A DNA stretch of 64,000 nucleotides from Bacteroidia bacterium (GTDB taxonomy: Bacteria > Bacteroidota > Bacteroidia > Bacteroidales > VadinHA17): contig JAPLDX010000034.1 of NCBI GenBank assembly GCA_026391215.1, forward strand, positions 1-64,000. The letters are read 5' to 3'. The notes under the pieces are model-generated. The model saw only the letters and a program-made list of their open reading frames with translations, had not been told where the DNA came from and searched no databases. A program made the position numbers and the translations under genes. Positions 15,826-26,877 of this stretch are shown here, in pieces; position 1 is the first letter of the stretch; each line of letters starts with the position of its first letter.

Positions 15826-17569
15826 TTATTTTGTAGATTGTGTACGGAACACTCTGTATGAATGCGGTTTAACCATGATTTCAAAACTTCGTGTCGGGTC
15901 AATCTGCCTGCTCATAAAGGGAGGAACCGGCACAACAGTACCCTGGAACGATTCACCCGATAGCAGGTCATCAATTGCACAGACTGGCTGATTAGCAATG
16001 ACTTTAATAGTAACAGGCTCCGGAAGGAATGATTCCACAATAAAAGTTCCGTTATCATAACAGAACAGACTCACCTGAGAGGGCCCTTCCAGCTTAATAT
16101 TGAAATCCTGTGTAGCAACGGCACGTATCCGGTTTAGTACATCAGCGGGATACTGGTACAAATCCGAAAAGTTGTCGGGAATTGTAAGCACATAAAGGTT
16201 TGCCTTTGAATACTGTGCTCTGTGGAGAATGGGCCATCCGGTTGCGCCTTTTGTGGCTGTAATCTCCTCCCATGAGTCATTGGTAAGATAATTGATCTGA
16301 GGAATAAGGATCTCCTGGTCGGATTTGCAATTTCTGAACCATCCTGCCCTGAAATCAGTGACCAGCACCTTTCTGTCAGTGCTGGTAAGCTCTACGATAT
16401 CTTCAATACCCTTTCCATGCAAGGCTCTTAACAATCCTGAAGTGATCATAACATTTTTTCCGGACTGCAGACGATCCTTTATCTTTTGTACTAACTGCGG
16501 ATCAAATTTTGCCTAATCCAAGGAACTTGTCCAAATTTTCGAATGTCAATCCAGCAGCCCGTGCTATGGTAGTTGGAATAACTGTTTTCCCATCAGGCAG
16601 GTTGATTGGTTTCATCATTTCGTCAAAATCGAAGCTGGTCTTATTTCCCTGCCAGGCTCCCCTGAGTTCAGGCCGGACAGGAGTTTGAAGCTGGCTGTAA
16701 TCAAACATTGTAATTTCAGGAGCTTTGGCAAAAAGTGTCAACCAGAATTGTTCTGCGTACCTGTCCATATACATTGAAGCAGCAGGATCAACCCAGCCGC
16801 CTCCATTACGACCCGGGGCAATATTATCGAAATATCTTATTATCAGGTAACCCAGATATTGCTGCAGGTGCTGATCTGTGAAAACCGGATCGCGGGTTTC
16901 AGTACCGGTATAGATACCGTCAAACATGCCCGGCTGGGTTTCGAGATTAAATCCCAGACCCTGGAAATGTTCATACCAGTTTGGGTATTTGATAACCACC
17001 TTAACCTTCGGGTTAACTGCTTTTGCAGGATCAATAACAAGTTCGCGTGCAGCTTCTGTCATAAGCTTAAGCCTGTAATCTGTCCAGCTCATTTCACCTT
17101 TAGCCTTTATGCACAAATCGCATTTACAGCTGGTAAAAAAGAAATCGTCAAGGATGAACTCGTCGAAATGCTTTGCAGTGTATTCGGCAATCTCCCTGGC
17201 TTTCTTCCGGTGTTCGGGATTAGTATAGCAAAAGGTTTCAAAGTTGTTTCTTTCATTTATGGTATAAGTAATTCCCCCGGCCACTTTAAGTCCTTTGGAT
17301 TTAAAGAACTTAATGGCAGCTTCAAGGGTTTTCTCATCAACAATGATCTGATCCCGGTGGGTTTCGAGATAGATTTTATCGATTTTAACCTGCTGGCTGA
17401 TAAGATTCCATGATTCCTCGAGTTTCTTCTGATCGGCCATATCCCGGACTTCGTAAGCCCTTACGTAGACCGACACAGTGAAGTTCTTATAAAACGGAGG
17501 TCGTTGAGCGGAAACACCAGGAATGATTAATATTAAAAATATTAAACAGGAGATTTTTTTCATTTCCAA
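15826..17569 (-). pseudogene. Frameshifted secreted conserved hypothetical protein (possible glycoside hydrolase-like TIM barrel)
   Basis: ORF 16502..17569 ends ...LDKFLGLGKI*; a second frame opens at 16512 (AKFDPQLVQKIKDRLQSGKNVMITSG...) and runs to 15826. Signal peptide; DEFILDDFFFT and KYPNWYEHF motifs. Confidence 0.7.
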
Positions 17570-17628
17570 TAATGCTTTGTGGTATATGTTTTATATAGCT
17601 AAAGATAAATATAATGTCCGATTGAAAC

Positions 17629-17653
17629 AAAAAAGCCGCATCATGGCGGCTTT
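17629..17653 (-). terminator. Intrinsic terminator after the HlyD-family gene
   Basis: Stem AAAGCCGC/GCGGCTTT, 6-nt loop, T-run on the minus strand. Confidence 0.75.
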
Positions 17654-17659
17654 CTGCAT

Positions 17660-18961
17660 CTAAAGTTTGGAAAGAAGTTCTTCTCCTGTAAGCTTGAACT
17701 TCCAGGGCTCTTCAGGTTGAATGAGGTAAACAGCATCTCCCGGTTCAAGTCCGCTCGTTACAACTACATTTTTGTCATTCATCTCACCAAGGAGGACTAC
17801 CTGCTTATTACCTTTTTTCGTGTAGACAAAAGTAACACTGTCGGCTCCGGTTTGAACGCATTCCGTGGGAATATATACCGCATCAGCAATAGTATTGATT
17901 ATTATTTTATTCCAGGTTGTCATTGAAGGCCTGAGCTCCATGTCAGTACCATCAATTTTAATAATCACCTCAAACATTTTTGCATCTGAATTGGGCAGTA
18001 CTTCACCAATATTCGCAACATTTGTTATTATGCCTGTGTATGATTTTGACGGCAGGGCATCGATAGTAATAATTACTTTCTGACCTGTCTTTACCTTACT
18101 TACTTCAATCTCGTTTATGTAGGTCTGAGAAAGCATTGATGTCAGATCAGGAAGAGTCGCAACAGTCCGGTCAAAAGGATTTATATCAGATCCGGCTTTT
18201 CTTTTTGTGCCATTCCAGTCTTCCTTGTAAATTAAAATTCCGTCAGAAGGAGCTATGATAGTAAATTTGGCCAGGAAATCCTGGAGAGCAGCCACAAGTT
18301 CAGTCCCGTCGTTAAGTGCCTGTTTTGTCTGAGTGATGTCTGCCAGGGACTGAGCCTTCCTCAATGAGTAGTTTTTTTTCAGTTGTTCAAGTCCGCGCTG
18401 TGCTTTGTTAAGGCTTATCTCCGCCTGACGTATTGTTGCAGGAGGTTCATATTTAGACTCAGCCAGCGTGATCCGGGCTTCTTCAACCACAAATTGCTGA
18501 TTCTTTATTTCATCACGAAGATCAGTAAGAGTCACTGCTGTATCAAGGACCTTCATTTCAAGATTTGCCCTTAAAGTTGTAAGGTTTTCAAGTTCATCCT
18601 TCAGTGTATTATCATATTCCGTCCTGTCAAGTTGTGCAATATAGTCCCCTTTCTTCACCATGGTTCCCTCCGAAATAATATCCTGGATCTCGAAATCCAT
18701 GGCATGCATCCTGCCGTGACCACCCCCAGGACCGCCTCTGAATTGTCCCTGGTTACCCATGCTGATCTCAGGGCCTTTGATATCAATTGAATTTTCAGCC
18801 AGTAACTCACCCGAATTTGCCACAGTTATTTCAAAAAGACCCCTTTTAGCCTCTGCATAAATATTTGCGCTCTTATCCTTTGAGGTAACCTTATTGAAGA
18901 TGATCAACACCAGCGTTATAACTGCCGCGACAATACCAGTAATAATAAGTGTCCTTTTCAT
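17660..18961 (-). CDS. Efflux periplasmic adaptor subunit (HlyD/MacA-like)
   Basis: N-terminal TM anchor, EGTMVKKGDYIAQLD, long coiled coil, IIAPSDG, INEIEVSKVKTGQKV, LRPSMT. Confidence 0.88.
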   Translation of the reverse strand: MKRTLIITGIVAAVITLVLIIFNKVTSKDKSANIYAEAKRGLFEITVANSGELLAENSIDIKGPEISMGNQGQFRGGPGGGHGRMHAMDFEIQDIISEGTMVKKGDYIAQLDRTEYDNTLKDELENLTTLRANLEMKVLDTAVTLTDLRDEIKNQQFVVEEARITLAESKYEPPATIRQAEISLNKAQRGLEQLKKNYSLRKAQSLADITQTKQALNDGTELVAALQDFLAKFTIIAPSDGILIYKEDWNGTKRKAGSDINPFDRTVATLPDLTSMLSQTYINEIEVSKVKTGQKVIITIDALPSKSYTGIITNVANIGEVLPNSDAKMFEVIIKIDGTDMELRPSMTTWNKIIINTIADAVYIPTECVQTGADSVTFVYTKKGNKQVVLLGEMNDKNVVVTSGLEPGDAVYLIQPEEPWKFKLTGEELLSKL

Positions 18962-19042
18962 AAGATGATAATGTTCATTGTATATCCTATAGACAAATTT
19001 AAAATCAATTTATTCCAATGGATTTCATAATAAAAGTAATAA

Positions 19043-19076
19043 ATACAAATATATCCTATAAGTGCTATATTTGTAT
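19043..19076. promoter_or_regulatory. Back-to-back Bacteroidota -7 boxes (divergent promoters for the adaptor gene and hflK)
   Basis: ATACAAATATA-N12-TATATTTGTAT gives TATATTTG (TAnnTTTG) on each strand. Confidence 0.65.
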
Positions 19077-19097
19077 AAATCCCTAAATTTTAAATAA

Positions 19098-20072
19098 ATG
19101 GAAGACAATCAATTCAGATATGCCAAAAAATCGCAAGACTGGAAGAAATACATGTTTTATTCTAAGTATATTCTTGCCAGTATTGTCCTGATCATCCTTC
19201 TTTGGATGACTTTCTTCCAGGTGAGGCCGGAGGAAGTCGGCGTCATCACGCGTTTCGGCAGATATATCCGCCAGGAAGAATCCGGACTTCACATGAAGAT
19301 CCCGATACTTGAAAGACTTTACAAAGTAGCTGTGGAAAGACAACAAAAGGAAGAATTTGGATTTAGAACCACCAGTTCAGGAATTAAATCACAATATACA
19401 AAAACCGGCACAGCAGATGAATCCCTTATGCTTACAGGAGATCTTAATCTGGCTGATGTGGAGTGGGTTGTCCAATATCGTATAAACGATGCTTATAAGT
19501 TTCTATTCAAAGTCAGAGAACCGGTAAGTACCATGCGTGATATCTCGGAAGCATGCATGCGGCAGATTGTCGGCGACCGTACTGTAAATGAAGTGCTGAC
19601 TGTCGGCAGAATTGAAATAGCAACCAGTGTTCAGGAGGAAATCCAGAAGTTGTGTACGGAATATTTGCTTGGCATCAAAATAGAACAGGTGGTTTTGCAG
19701 GATATAAATCCTCCTGACCTGGTGAAAGATGCCTTCAATGCTGTAAACCAGGCACAGCAGGAAAAAGAGACACTGATCAATCAGGCGAGATCGGAATACA
19801 ACAAGATCATACCGAAAGCCAGCGGACAGGCAGAAGAGACCATTCAGAAAGCTGAGGGATATGCAACAGAACGTGTCAATAATGCACTTGGTGAGGCAGC
19901 ACGGTTCAATGCTTTATACCGGGAGTATATTAAAGCTCCGGAGGTTACTAAAAGAAGGATTTATCTGGAAACAATGACAAGCGTTATCCCGAAACTGGGT
20001 AATAAGATAATTACCGATGAGGGAGGAAATAATGTGTTACCGCTTCTTCAGATGCAAATGAATAATAAGTAA
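19098..20072 (+). CDS. hflK: FtsH protease modulator HflK
   Basis: SPFH domain; MLTGDLNLADVEWVVQYRI, VKDAFNAVNQAQQE, APEVTKRRIYLETM. Confidence 0.93.
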   Translation: MEDNQFRYAKKSQDWKKYMFYSKYILASIVLIILLWMTFFQVRPEEVGVITRFGRYIRQEESGLHMKIPILERLYKVAVERQQKEEFGFRTTSSGIKSQYTKTGTADESLMLTGDLNLADVEWVVQYRINDAYKFLFKVREPVSTMRDISEACMRQIVGDRTVNEVLTVGRIEIATSVQEEIQKLCTEYLLGIKIEQVVLQDINPPDLVKDAFNAVNQAQQEKETLINQARSEYNKIIPKASGQAEETIQKAEGYATERVNNALGEAARFNALYREYIKAPEVTKRRIYLETMTSVIPKLGNKIITDEGGNNVLPLLQMQMNNK

Positions 20073-20084
20073 AACCGGGAAATC

Positions 20085-21029
20085 ATGAAATACACAAAAA
20101 TCATAATTCAGCTTATTATCGCGGTGGTTGCCCTAATCCTGATACTTGAAACTGTTTTTAAAGTAAAGGAAACCGAACAGGTTGTCATAACACAGTTTGG
20201 TAAACCCATCGGGGAGGCAAAGATCACTCCCGGATTAAAGATTAAGGTTCCGTTCATACAGAAGACTAATTATTTTGAAAAAAGATATATGGAGTGGGAC
20301 GGCGATCCCAACCAGGTACCAACGAAGGATAAGAAATTCATTTTTGTCGAGGCCTATGCCCGCTGGCAGATAACTGATCCCCTTCAGTTTTTTAAACGTC
20401 TTACTGATGAGCGGGGCGCGATATCAAGACTGGCGGATATTCTGGACGGAGAAACACGTGATTATATAGCAAACCATAATCTCGAAGAGGTCGTGCGGAG
20501 CGTAAACAGAGTGCCTGCATCATCCGGTTCATTTGGAGAAGAAGTCGGAGATACGCTTTCCGATATCACTGAAGGCAGACTGAAGATCCAGGAAATGATT
20601 CTTTTATCTGCAAATGAGAAAGCCAGTGATCTTGGTATCATCATACTGGACGTAAGACTGAAACGCCTTAATTATGTGACAGAAGTACAGACACAGGTTT
20701 ATGAACGAATGATAAGCGAACGGTTCCGTATTGCCGAGAAATTCAGGTCCGAGGGACAAGGTGAAGCTTCAAAGATCAACGGTGAAAGAGAACGGGATCT
20801 GAAAACAATACAATCGGTAGCCTACCGTAAAGCTGAAGAGATACGGGGACAGGCCGATGCAAGAGCTACTGCAATCTATGCAGCTGCCTATAACCAGTCA
20901 GCCGCCTCAAGGGATCTGTACAATTTTGTAAAATCAATGGAAACTTTTGAAAAGACGTTTGACACAACGACAACCGTCATCCTGTCTACAAAAAGTGAAT
21001 TATATAAATACCTGATTGATTTTCAATAG
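20085..21029 (+). CDS. hflC: FtsH protease modulator HflC
   Basis: VITQFGKP, TKDKKFIFVEAYARWQITDP, VYERMISER, FRSEG; directly after hflK. Confidence 0.93.
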   Translation: MKYTKIIIQLIIAVVALILILETVFKVKETEQVVITQFGKPIGEAKITPGLKIKVPFIQKTNYFEKRYMEWDGDPNQVPTKDKKFIFVEAYARWQITDPLQFFKRLTDERGAISRLADILDGETRDYIANHNLEEVVRSVNRVPASSGSFGEEVGDTLSDITEGRLKIQEMILLSANEKASDLGIIILDVRLKRLNYVTEVQTQVYERMISERFRIAEKFRSEGQGEASKINGERERDLKTIQSVAYRKAEEIRGQADARATAIYAAAYNQSAASRDLYNFVKSMETFEKTFDTTTTVILSTKSELYKYLIDFQ

Positions 21030-21041
21030 AAAGAGAATTCT

Positions 21042-22784
21042 TCAGAACGATACGCTTGTTATTTTATTTGACACTGTAAATGTTTTCTTCAGTGTCCCCC
21101 CGGAATATGTGTCATTATAATAGATTCCATTTGTATTTGTTCCGGTCGAAGTTCCACCTGTGTAAATTGAATATGTTGAACCGTTTTTCAGATCAGAGGA
21201 AGAAAACACTACGTAATACACGGACCTGACTGGTTTATATGTAACCAGGTTGTTTCCTGAGGCATCCTGAATATTAAAGAGAGTTGAGGAAGACAATGTT
21301 GATGACATTGTAGCCTTTACACAATACTGTGCTGAAGAACTGGCCGGAACTTCTATCATATTTCCGGAATTTGGTCCTGCAGCTATAAGAAATCCGCCTG
21401 AAACATTAAATGTTCCGTTAATATCGAATCCCACTTCCGGTGCTGACTGAGGCCCGTGAACGACTACAGTTCCACCCGTAAGATTAACATTCCCGTTACT
21501 GTCCAGACCATCCCCCTTGGAAGAGTTGACAACAATGGTTCCATCGTTAATGTTAAGAGAGCTGCCGTCATTTATTTCTGTAGCGCTTCCTTTTGTTGCA
21601 TTGAAGCCGTCATCGGTTGAGACAAGCGACATATTTCCCCCATTAAAAATAATTGATGCGCTCTCAATACCCTCATAACATTTTGTAATATTAATAGTTC
21701 CGTCATTTATCTCAATAGAAACATCGGCATGAATTGCATCATCTCCGGACGCAATTGAAAAAGTTCCATTGTTGATTTTAACTGAATTATTTGAATGTAT
21801 GGCATCATCAGCCGAATTGATTGTGAATTTCCCTTTTTCAATAACCAGGCTTGCCAATGATTTGAGAGCTTTTGCAGATATTATCCCGGAATAACCTCCT
21901 GATGTTCTTCCTCCGCCACCCGGACCTCCCCCGGTAGGAGTTGTCGTTAATGTTGTAGCTGCTCCTCCGCCTGTCGTTATAGTAAATGATCCATCACCGA
22001 TTATAAGATTACTCTGAGCGCTGATACCATCTCCTGAAGAAGTGATATTCACAATAGCACTGTCTATTGTAATATATCCAAGTGAAGCATCGCCCTCGTT
22101 ATCCGAAGTCAGACCATCACCTTTTGCATTTATAATTATGTTTCCGTGCCGGATTACCAGGTAATCTTTCCCTCTTATGCCATCATCAGCGGAGGTAACT
22201 GAAATGGTTCCGCTCTTAATGATCATTCCGTCGTCAGTAGAAATACCGTCATTATAATTGCCTGTTACATTAAGCGATCCTCCTCCGAAAAATGTCAGAA
22301 AGGCATTGCTGAACAATGCAGCATTTGGCTCATCTGTTGTTGAATATGATGCCCCATCTGAAAGATAGTTCTTGGTATCCTCTTTCAGGCAAATAACAAC
22401 TTTCTTTGCGTTCTTTACAAAGACCGGTGCGCTGGAAGAGGATTTGATGTCAATACCATCGAAAATAAGATTGACATTTTCTTCATCTTCTGTTTCCACA
22501 ATTATCTGTCCGTCAGTCAGCGAACCTGTTATATTATATGTTCCTGCAGACTTAATTGTAACCTTGCTGCCGGAAACATCAGCAACCGACGGAACAACTG
22601 AAATTGAGGTTCCGTTAAGGGTGATCTGGACAACTATCGATGTGTCAAACGAATAATCAGCGGGATCTTCCTCTTCAGGACTATCATCACCTGGCACGAT
22701 TGTTTTTTCACATCCGGCCACCATTGCCAGAACAAGTATAGAAGCGACAATTAAGCTAAACTTATTTAAATTCATCATCTTCAT
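21042..22784 (-). CDS. Carbohydrate-binding beta-helix lipoprotein (Cthe_2159/DUF4353-like)
   Basis: Lipobox VAGC; ITLNG, AGTYNITGSLTDGQIIV, DDGIRGKD, DDAIHS, EGIES, GDGLDSNG. Confidence 0.85.
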   Translation of the reverse strand: MKMMNLNKFSLIVASILVLAMVAGCEKTIVPGDDSPEEEDPADYSFDTSIVVQITLNGTSISVVPSVADVSGSKVTIKSAGTYNITGSLTDGQIIVETEDEENVNLIFDGIDIKSSSSAPVFVKNAKKVVICLKEDTKNYLSDGASYSTTDEPNAALFSNAFLTFFGGGSLNVTGNYNDGISTDDGMIIKSGTISVTSADDGIRGKDYLVIRHGNIIINAKGDGLTSDNEGDASLGYITIDSAIVNITSSGDGISAQSNLIIGDGSFTITTGGGAATTLTTTPTGGGPGGGGRTSGGYSGIISAKALKSLASLVIEKGKFTINSADDAIHSNNSVKINNGTFSIASGDDAIHADVSIEINDGTINITKCYEGIESASIIFNGGNMSLVSTDDGFNATKGSATEINDGSSLNINDGTIVVNSSKGDGLDSNGNVNLTGGTVVVHGPQSAPEVGFDINGTFNVSGGFLIAAGPNSGNMIEVPASSSAQYCVKATMSSTLSSSTLFNIQDASGNNLVTYKPVRSVYYVVFSSSDLKNGSTYSIYTGGTSTGTNTNGIYYNDTYSGGTLKKTFTVSNKITSVSF

Positions 22785-22866
22785 TTAGTTGTAGTTATCT
22801 CCTGCAAGCAATAATACAGCCTGTTGATGTTTTTCCCTAACCAGAAATGGTCATTTATTCCTGTGA

Positions 22867-25140
22867 CTACAGATTAAAGGTATATGTATATTTCACCATC
22901 ATTGCCCTTGAATAATAAACCGGCAGATTAGGGAGCTCACGGGTCAGATCTGTATTACGTCCTTCATTGAACACAAGGTAAAGATCATTCCCCTCTTTCG
23001 GATTATACCTTATCCTGAGATTTGTAACGATTTCATGTACGGATTTATTGTACTGCACAAATGCATTGACTGAAAACTTTGTATTTAACATATAAAGAGC
23101 CTTAAGTCCAAACAAATGGTTGGTCCATTTTATATCTCTTTTGCTGATATTTACATGATCAAAACTATAAGTTCCGCCAAGCTCAAAGTGTTTTGAGATA
23201 TTCCATGTTGGCTCCAGGCGTAATGAAAACCTTGCACCATCATAAAACTGTCCGGTCTCAGTTATCGATATAACATAAAATGGCTTTGACATTGGTGTAA
23301 CAAGTACGCCCATGAAATTAATATACTTATACTTACCAGGATTGATATATAGTTCGTTAGGGCTGATTTCAAGGCTGTCCCTCAGGTTATCAATATTGTA
23401 AACCAGGTTAAGCTCTCCCTGCCACTGGTTCTTTGTCTGGAATGACCAGCCAGTGAAATTTGTCAGGGTCATCATAGAGCCATCATCAATATATGCCCTG
23501 TAAAACATTCTGCTTTGCGGGGAATGGCTGTAGATCTTTGAATTTTCGCCCGGAATCCATCCGTAACGAAGTTCCCCCATTACAGAGGCATAATCATCTA
23601 TCATTTCAAAGCCAATACCAGGATTGAAATTGACCCCTGACTGAGTATATCCAAGTTCATAGCCCAGACCTTTATTAGCCCTTCTTTGCCAGCTTATTGT
23701 AAGGAGGGAATTATCTTTAATAGAATTGTTATTTGTGGAGTCTTCAAAAGTCTGGCTCCATTTAATATCCAGGTAATCATCACCGAAGAGACGGAGAATA
23801 CCATCAATGCCATAAGCAGCATTGTACGATCCGTCTGCTCCCAGCCGGCTGGTCGCCATAGCACCTATATAGGTGTTTTCATTTATGACCTGACGTCTTA
23901 ATCTTAAGACCCCGAAGTTTTCTGAAGGTAGGATCACGCTTCTTATACCGGCAGAATTTTTCTGCCAAAGTGGTGCTGTCTGCATATCCATTAAACCAAC
24001 ATCCCACTTTTTTAATCGGCCAGTCAACCGGGCACCTCCGTAAATCCGTACTGGATCGCCATCATCACTTAAACCTATGCGGCGGCTGTAAAAAATATTA
24101 TCATTGCCACCTATACTGAAATCGAAAACGCTGGCACGTTCCAGGAAAAACAACCGCTTTTCAGGAAAATAAAGCGAAAAGCGAGTAAGATTTACCTGCT
24201 GATCATCAGCTTCAACCTGCGCAAAGTCAGTATTTGCCGTGAGATCCAGAACAAGATTACTGGTGATACCATATTTTACATCCAATCCAGCTTCATATAC
24301 AGGCTTTCCAGACTTATCGTACGTCGTTTCATCATCATTGATATCGTATTTGCTTTCATAGCCTACAAGAGCATAGGGAGCAATATAAAGAGGTTTACTG
24401 GGTTTTACTCCCCGAAGCACAATTTCCTGTGCCTGTGATGGTTTAATAACTGAAAAATCACCCCAATTGGGAGGGATTGCAGGATAAAGATCAGTTTCAT
24501 TTTTGGATGGGATCCATCTTTGGATTATTAAGCCCATCCTTACCTCACCAATGAGTTCCTGAAACCTGAGACTGGAAAGCGGAATTCTTATTTCAGTACA
24601 CCAGCCTCCGGAATGTTTTTGTGTCATCACATCCCAGAATGTGTTCCAGCTTATATTCATCGGCATCTGATCAGGCTGATTCACTACTGCGTCTCTCTGA
24701 ATACCTGCATCAAATCGCAAGCCCTCTGGCGAGGTAAAAAACGCCAGTCCATTCTCTTTATCATTATATGTATCGAGAGTAAAACCTATCATATCACTGC
24801 CCTGTCCCAAATAGTCCCTTTTATAACTTGCAGACTTTATCATGGAAGGATCCTTATAGTAAAGCCATATTCCGGCATACAGATACTTATCGTCATATGC
24901 CATACGGAAATCAGTTTCCTCAGTAGGTTCTTTCCCAAAGACTGGAGCAAACATAATCAGCTTTATCGGTTCAATAGATTTCCAGGCTTCCTCGTCAGGG
25001 ATTCCGTCGAAAAGGAGAGGATGAGATAATCTGTTGATCACTAAAGCCTGTTTTCGGGAGAGAATTGAATCAGATTGTCCCGAAACGATTAATGCCGGGC
25101 AGATCAATAACAACAAAAATAACAGGTATCTGAGGTTCAT
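22867..25140 (-). CDS. CBM9-like + DUF5916 outer-membrane protein
   Basis: DGIPDEEAW, YDDKYLY, EIRIPLSSLRF, DLTANTDFAQVEADDQQVNLTRFSLYFPEKRLFFLE; C-terminal KYTYTFNL. Confidence 0.85.
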   Translation of the reverse strand: MNLRYLLFLLLLICPALIVSGQSDSILSRKQALVINRLSHPLLFDGIPDEEAWKSIEPIKLIMFAPVFGKEPTEETDFRMAYDDKYLYAGIWLYYKDPSMIKSASYKRDYLGQGSDMIGFTLDTYNDKENGLAFFTSPEGLRFDAGIQRDAVVNQPDQMPMNISWNTFWDVMTQKHSGGWCTEIRIPLSSLRFQELIGEVRMGLIIQRWIPSKNETDLYPAIPPNWGDFSVIKPSQAQEIVLRGVKPSKPLYIAPYALVGYESKYDINDDETTYDKSGKPVYEAGLDVKYGITSNLVLDLTANTDFAQVEADDQQVNLTRFSLYFPEKRLFFLERASVFDFSIGGNDNIFYSRRIGLSDDGDPVRIYGGARLTGRLKKWDVGLMDMQTAPLWQKNSAGIRSVILPSENFGVLRLRRQVINENTYIGAMATSRLGADGSYNAAYGIDGILRLFGDDYLDIKWSQTFEDSTNNNSIKDNSLLTISWQRRANKGLGYELGYTQSGVNFNPGIGFEMIDDYASVMGELRYGWIPGENSKIYSHSPQSRMFYRAYIDDGSMMTLTNFTGWSFQTKNQWQGELNLVYNIDNLRDSLEISPNELYINPGKYKYINFMGVLVTPMSKPFYVISITETGQFYDGARFSLRLEPTWNISKHFELGGTYSFDHVNISKRDIKWTNHLFGLKALYMLNTKFSVNAFVQYNKSVHEIVTNLRIRYNPKEGNDLYLVFNEGRNTDLTRELPNLPVYYSRAMMVKYTYTFNL

Positions 25141-25224
25141 TATTTACCGGTTCTATTAACAGGATGCCAAAGATATTAAAAAACTGAAAAAGACAAAACA
25201 GCAAGAATAATCAATAAAATTCAA

Positions 25225-26877
25225 TCAGTACTTAAGGATCTGTCCATTCTCTTGCAGCTTATCTTTAATCTCTTTATAATCAAGGTCATGAATACCTTTT
25301 CTCTTTACAATTGCCAGTGAAGCAACAGTACCTGCACTCTGACCAAGTATCATAAAGACAGGCTCCATCCTTATGGAACCAAAGGCTATATGTGAACTTG
25401 AGACACAAACCGGAACCAGCAGATTATTACATTCATTCTTTCTGGGCATTAAAGCACCCAAATCAATCTGATAAGGCTTATCAGGCCCGACTCCAAGATC
25501 CCCTTCATTCTGAACAAATCCCTCGGGGGTAACATATCTCTGGACGTTATGGGAATCCATTGTATAGGAACCCATTCCAACAGGTCTGGGAACATCTCTT
25601 TTCCCCAATACATCATTCTCAGTCATAACATATTCGCCTATCATCCTTCGCGCTTCCCTCACATAGATATTATATGGCCAGTTGCCATTATCAATGAATT
25701 CATCCTTAGCATATCCCCATTTGTTCATTGTTTCCCTGACTTCTGAAGGAATGCGATTATCAGTTGTCATAAAAAAGAGCAATCCCTTCTGATAGGTCTC
25801 ATGTTCTTTTATGATCTCCTTTCTTCTTTCATAAGATGCTTCCGGGTAATCCCAGTTCATACCAATGTTGTCATAACTGAATGGGCCATGATTATTAACA
25901 TCGGTTTTAAGATTAGGTATGGGATCATATTTCCCGAAAAACTCATTCCACCTGGTTTCTGACAGCCTTACAAGCAGCTCATATTGTGTTGAGTCATATC
26001 CCTCGGGTTTTGTGATCAGGACTTTGTTTTCAGGATTTTGTGTAAGGCAAAGTCTGAAGCAATACGCCTGGATCTTATTGTCTCCTGTACCGTTTTCCCC
26101 GGGGATATCCGATGAAATGCGGGGAAGAAGTCCGCTTGACGGATCTCCCGGGATTTTATAAGGATCTATATTATCCTTAAACCAGTGACCATGATGGAAC
26201 ACTCCTTTCTGCACTCCGTTCCAGTTTTCATTATAAACGCTGTTTGATTCACGACCTACATTGTACTTTACACCTGCTGCTGCCATAAGATCTCCCTCAT
26301 AAGTAGCATCAATGAATATCTTTCCTTTAAATATTTTCCCGCTCAGTGTCTCTATTGAAGTAATTGAATTGTTTTTCTTTTTAACTCCTGTTTCCCTGTT
26401 CAGCAATTCATCCCTGAAAACCCTGATTTTATTATTGGCGATCATTTTCTCAAAAGCCTCTTCTGCAACATGTGGTTCAAAGATCCATTGAGTTCGTTTT
26501 TCTCCGTCGATGGCAGGATTGCCCTGTCCTGTGTTCCCATAATCGGATTGTTTTTGCCAGTTCCACGATTCAGGCTTCTCATAGTGCTGAAATATAAGCT
26601 GGTAGAATTCTCTGGCAAGGCCTCCGATTACTTCTTTGTTTCCAGTATCGGTAAAACCCAACCCTGATGAAGAAAGGCCGCCAATATGCTTATCGGGAGA
26701 AACAATAATGACAGATCTTCCCATCCTGACAATCTGAACTGCAGTAGTCACCGCTGAGGAAGTGCCGCCATAGACAATTATGTCAGCCTTAAATGTTTCA
26801 ACAGTTTTATTATTCCGGCACTGAATTGCTGATAAAAAAAATACCGGAAGAAGCAATGAAAATAATCTGTATCTCAT
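25225..26877 (-). CDS. Secreted FAD-dependent oxidoreductase (xanthan-lyase-associated type)
   Basis: DIIVYGGTSS, GGLSSSGLG, FIDATYEGDLMA, YVREARR, DSHN, SHIAFGSIRMEPVFM. Confidence 0.85.
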   Translation of the reverse strand: MRYRLFSLLLPVFFLSAIQCRNNKTVETFKADIIVYGGTSSAVTTAVQIVRMGRSVIIVSPDKHIGGLSSSGLGFTDTGNKEVIGGLAREFYQLIFQHYEKPESWNWQKQSDYGNTGQGNPAIDGEKRTQWIFEPHVAEEAFEKMIANNKIRVFRDELLNRETGVKKKNNSITSIETLSGKIFKGKIFIDATYEGDLMAAAGVKYNVGRESNSVYNENWNGVQKGVFHHGHWFKDNIDPYKIPGDPSSGLLPRISSDIPGENGTGDNKIQAYCFRLCLTQNPENKVLITKPEGYDSTQYELLVRLSETRWNEFFGKYDPIPNLKTDVNNHGPFSYDNIGMNWDYPEASYERRKEIIKEHETYQKGLLFFMTTDNRIPSEVRETMNKWGYAKDEFIDNGNWPYNIYVREARRMIGEYVMTENDVLGKRDVPRPVGMGSYTMDSHNVQRYVTPEGFVQNEGDLGVGPDKPYQIDLGALMPRKNECNNLLVPVCVSSSHIAFGSIRMEPVFMILGQSAGTVASLAIVKRKGIHDLDYKEIKDKLQENGQILKY

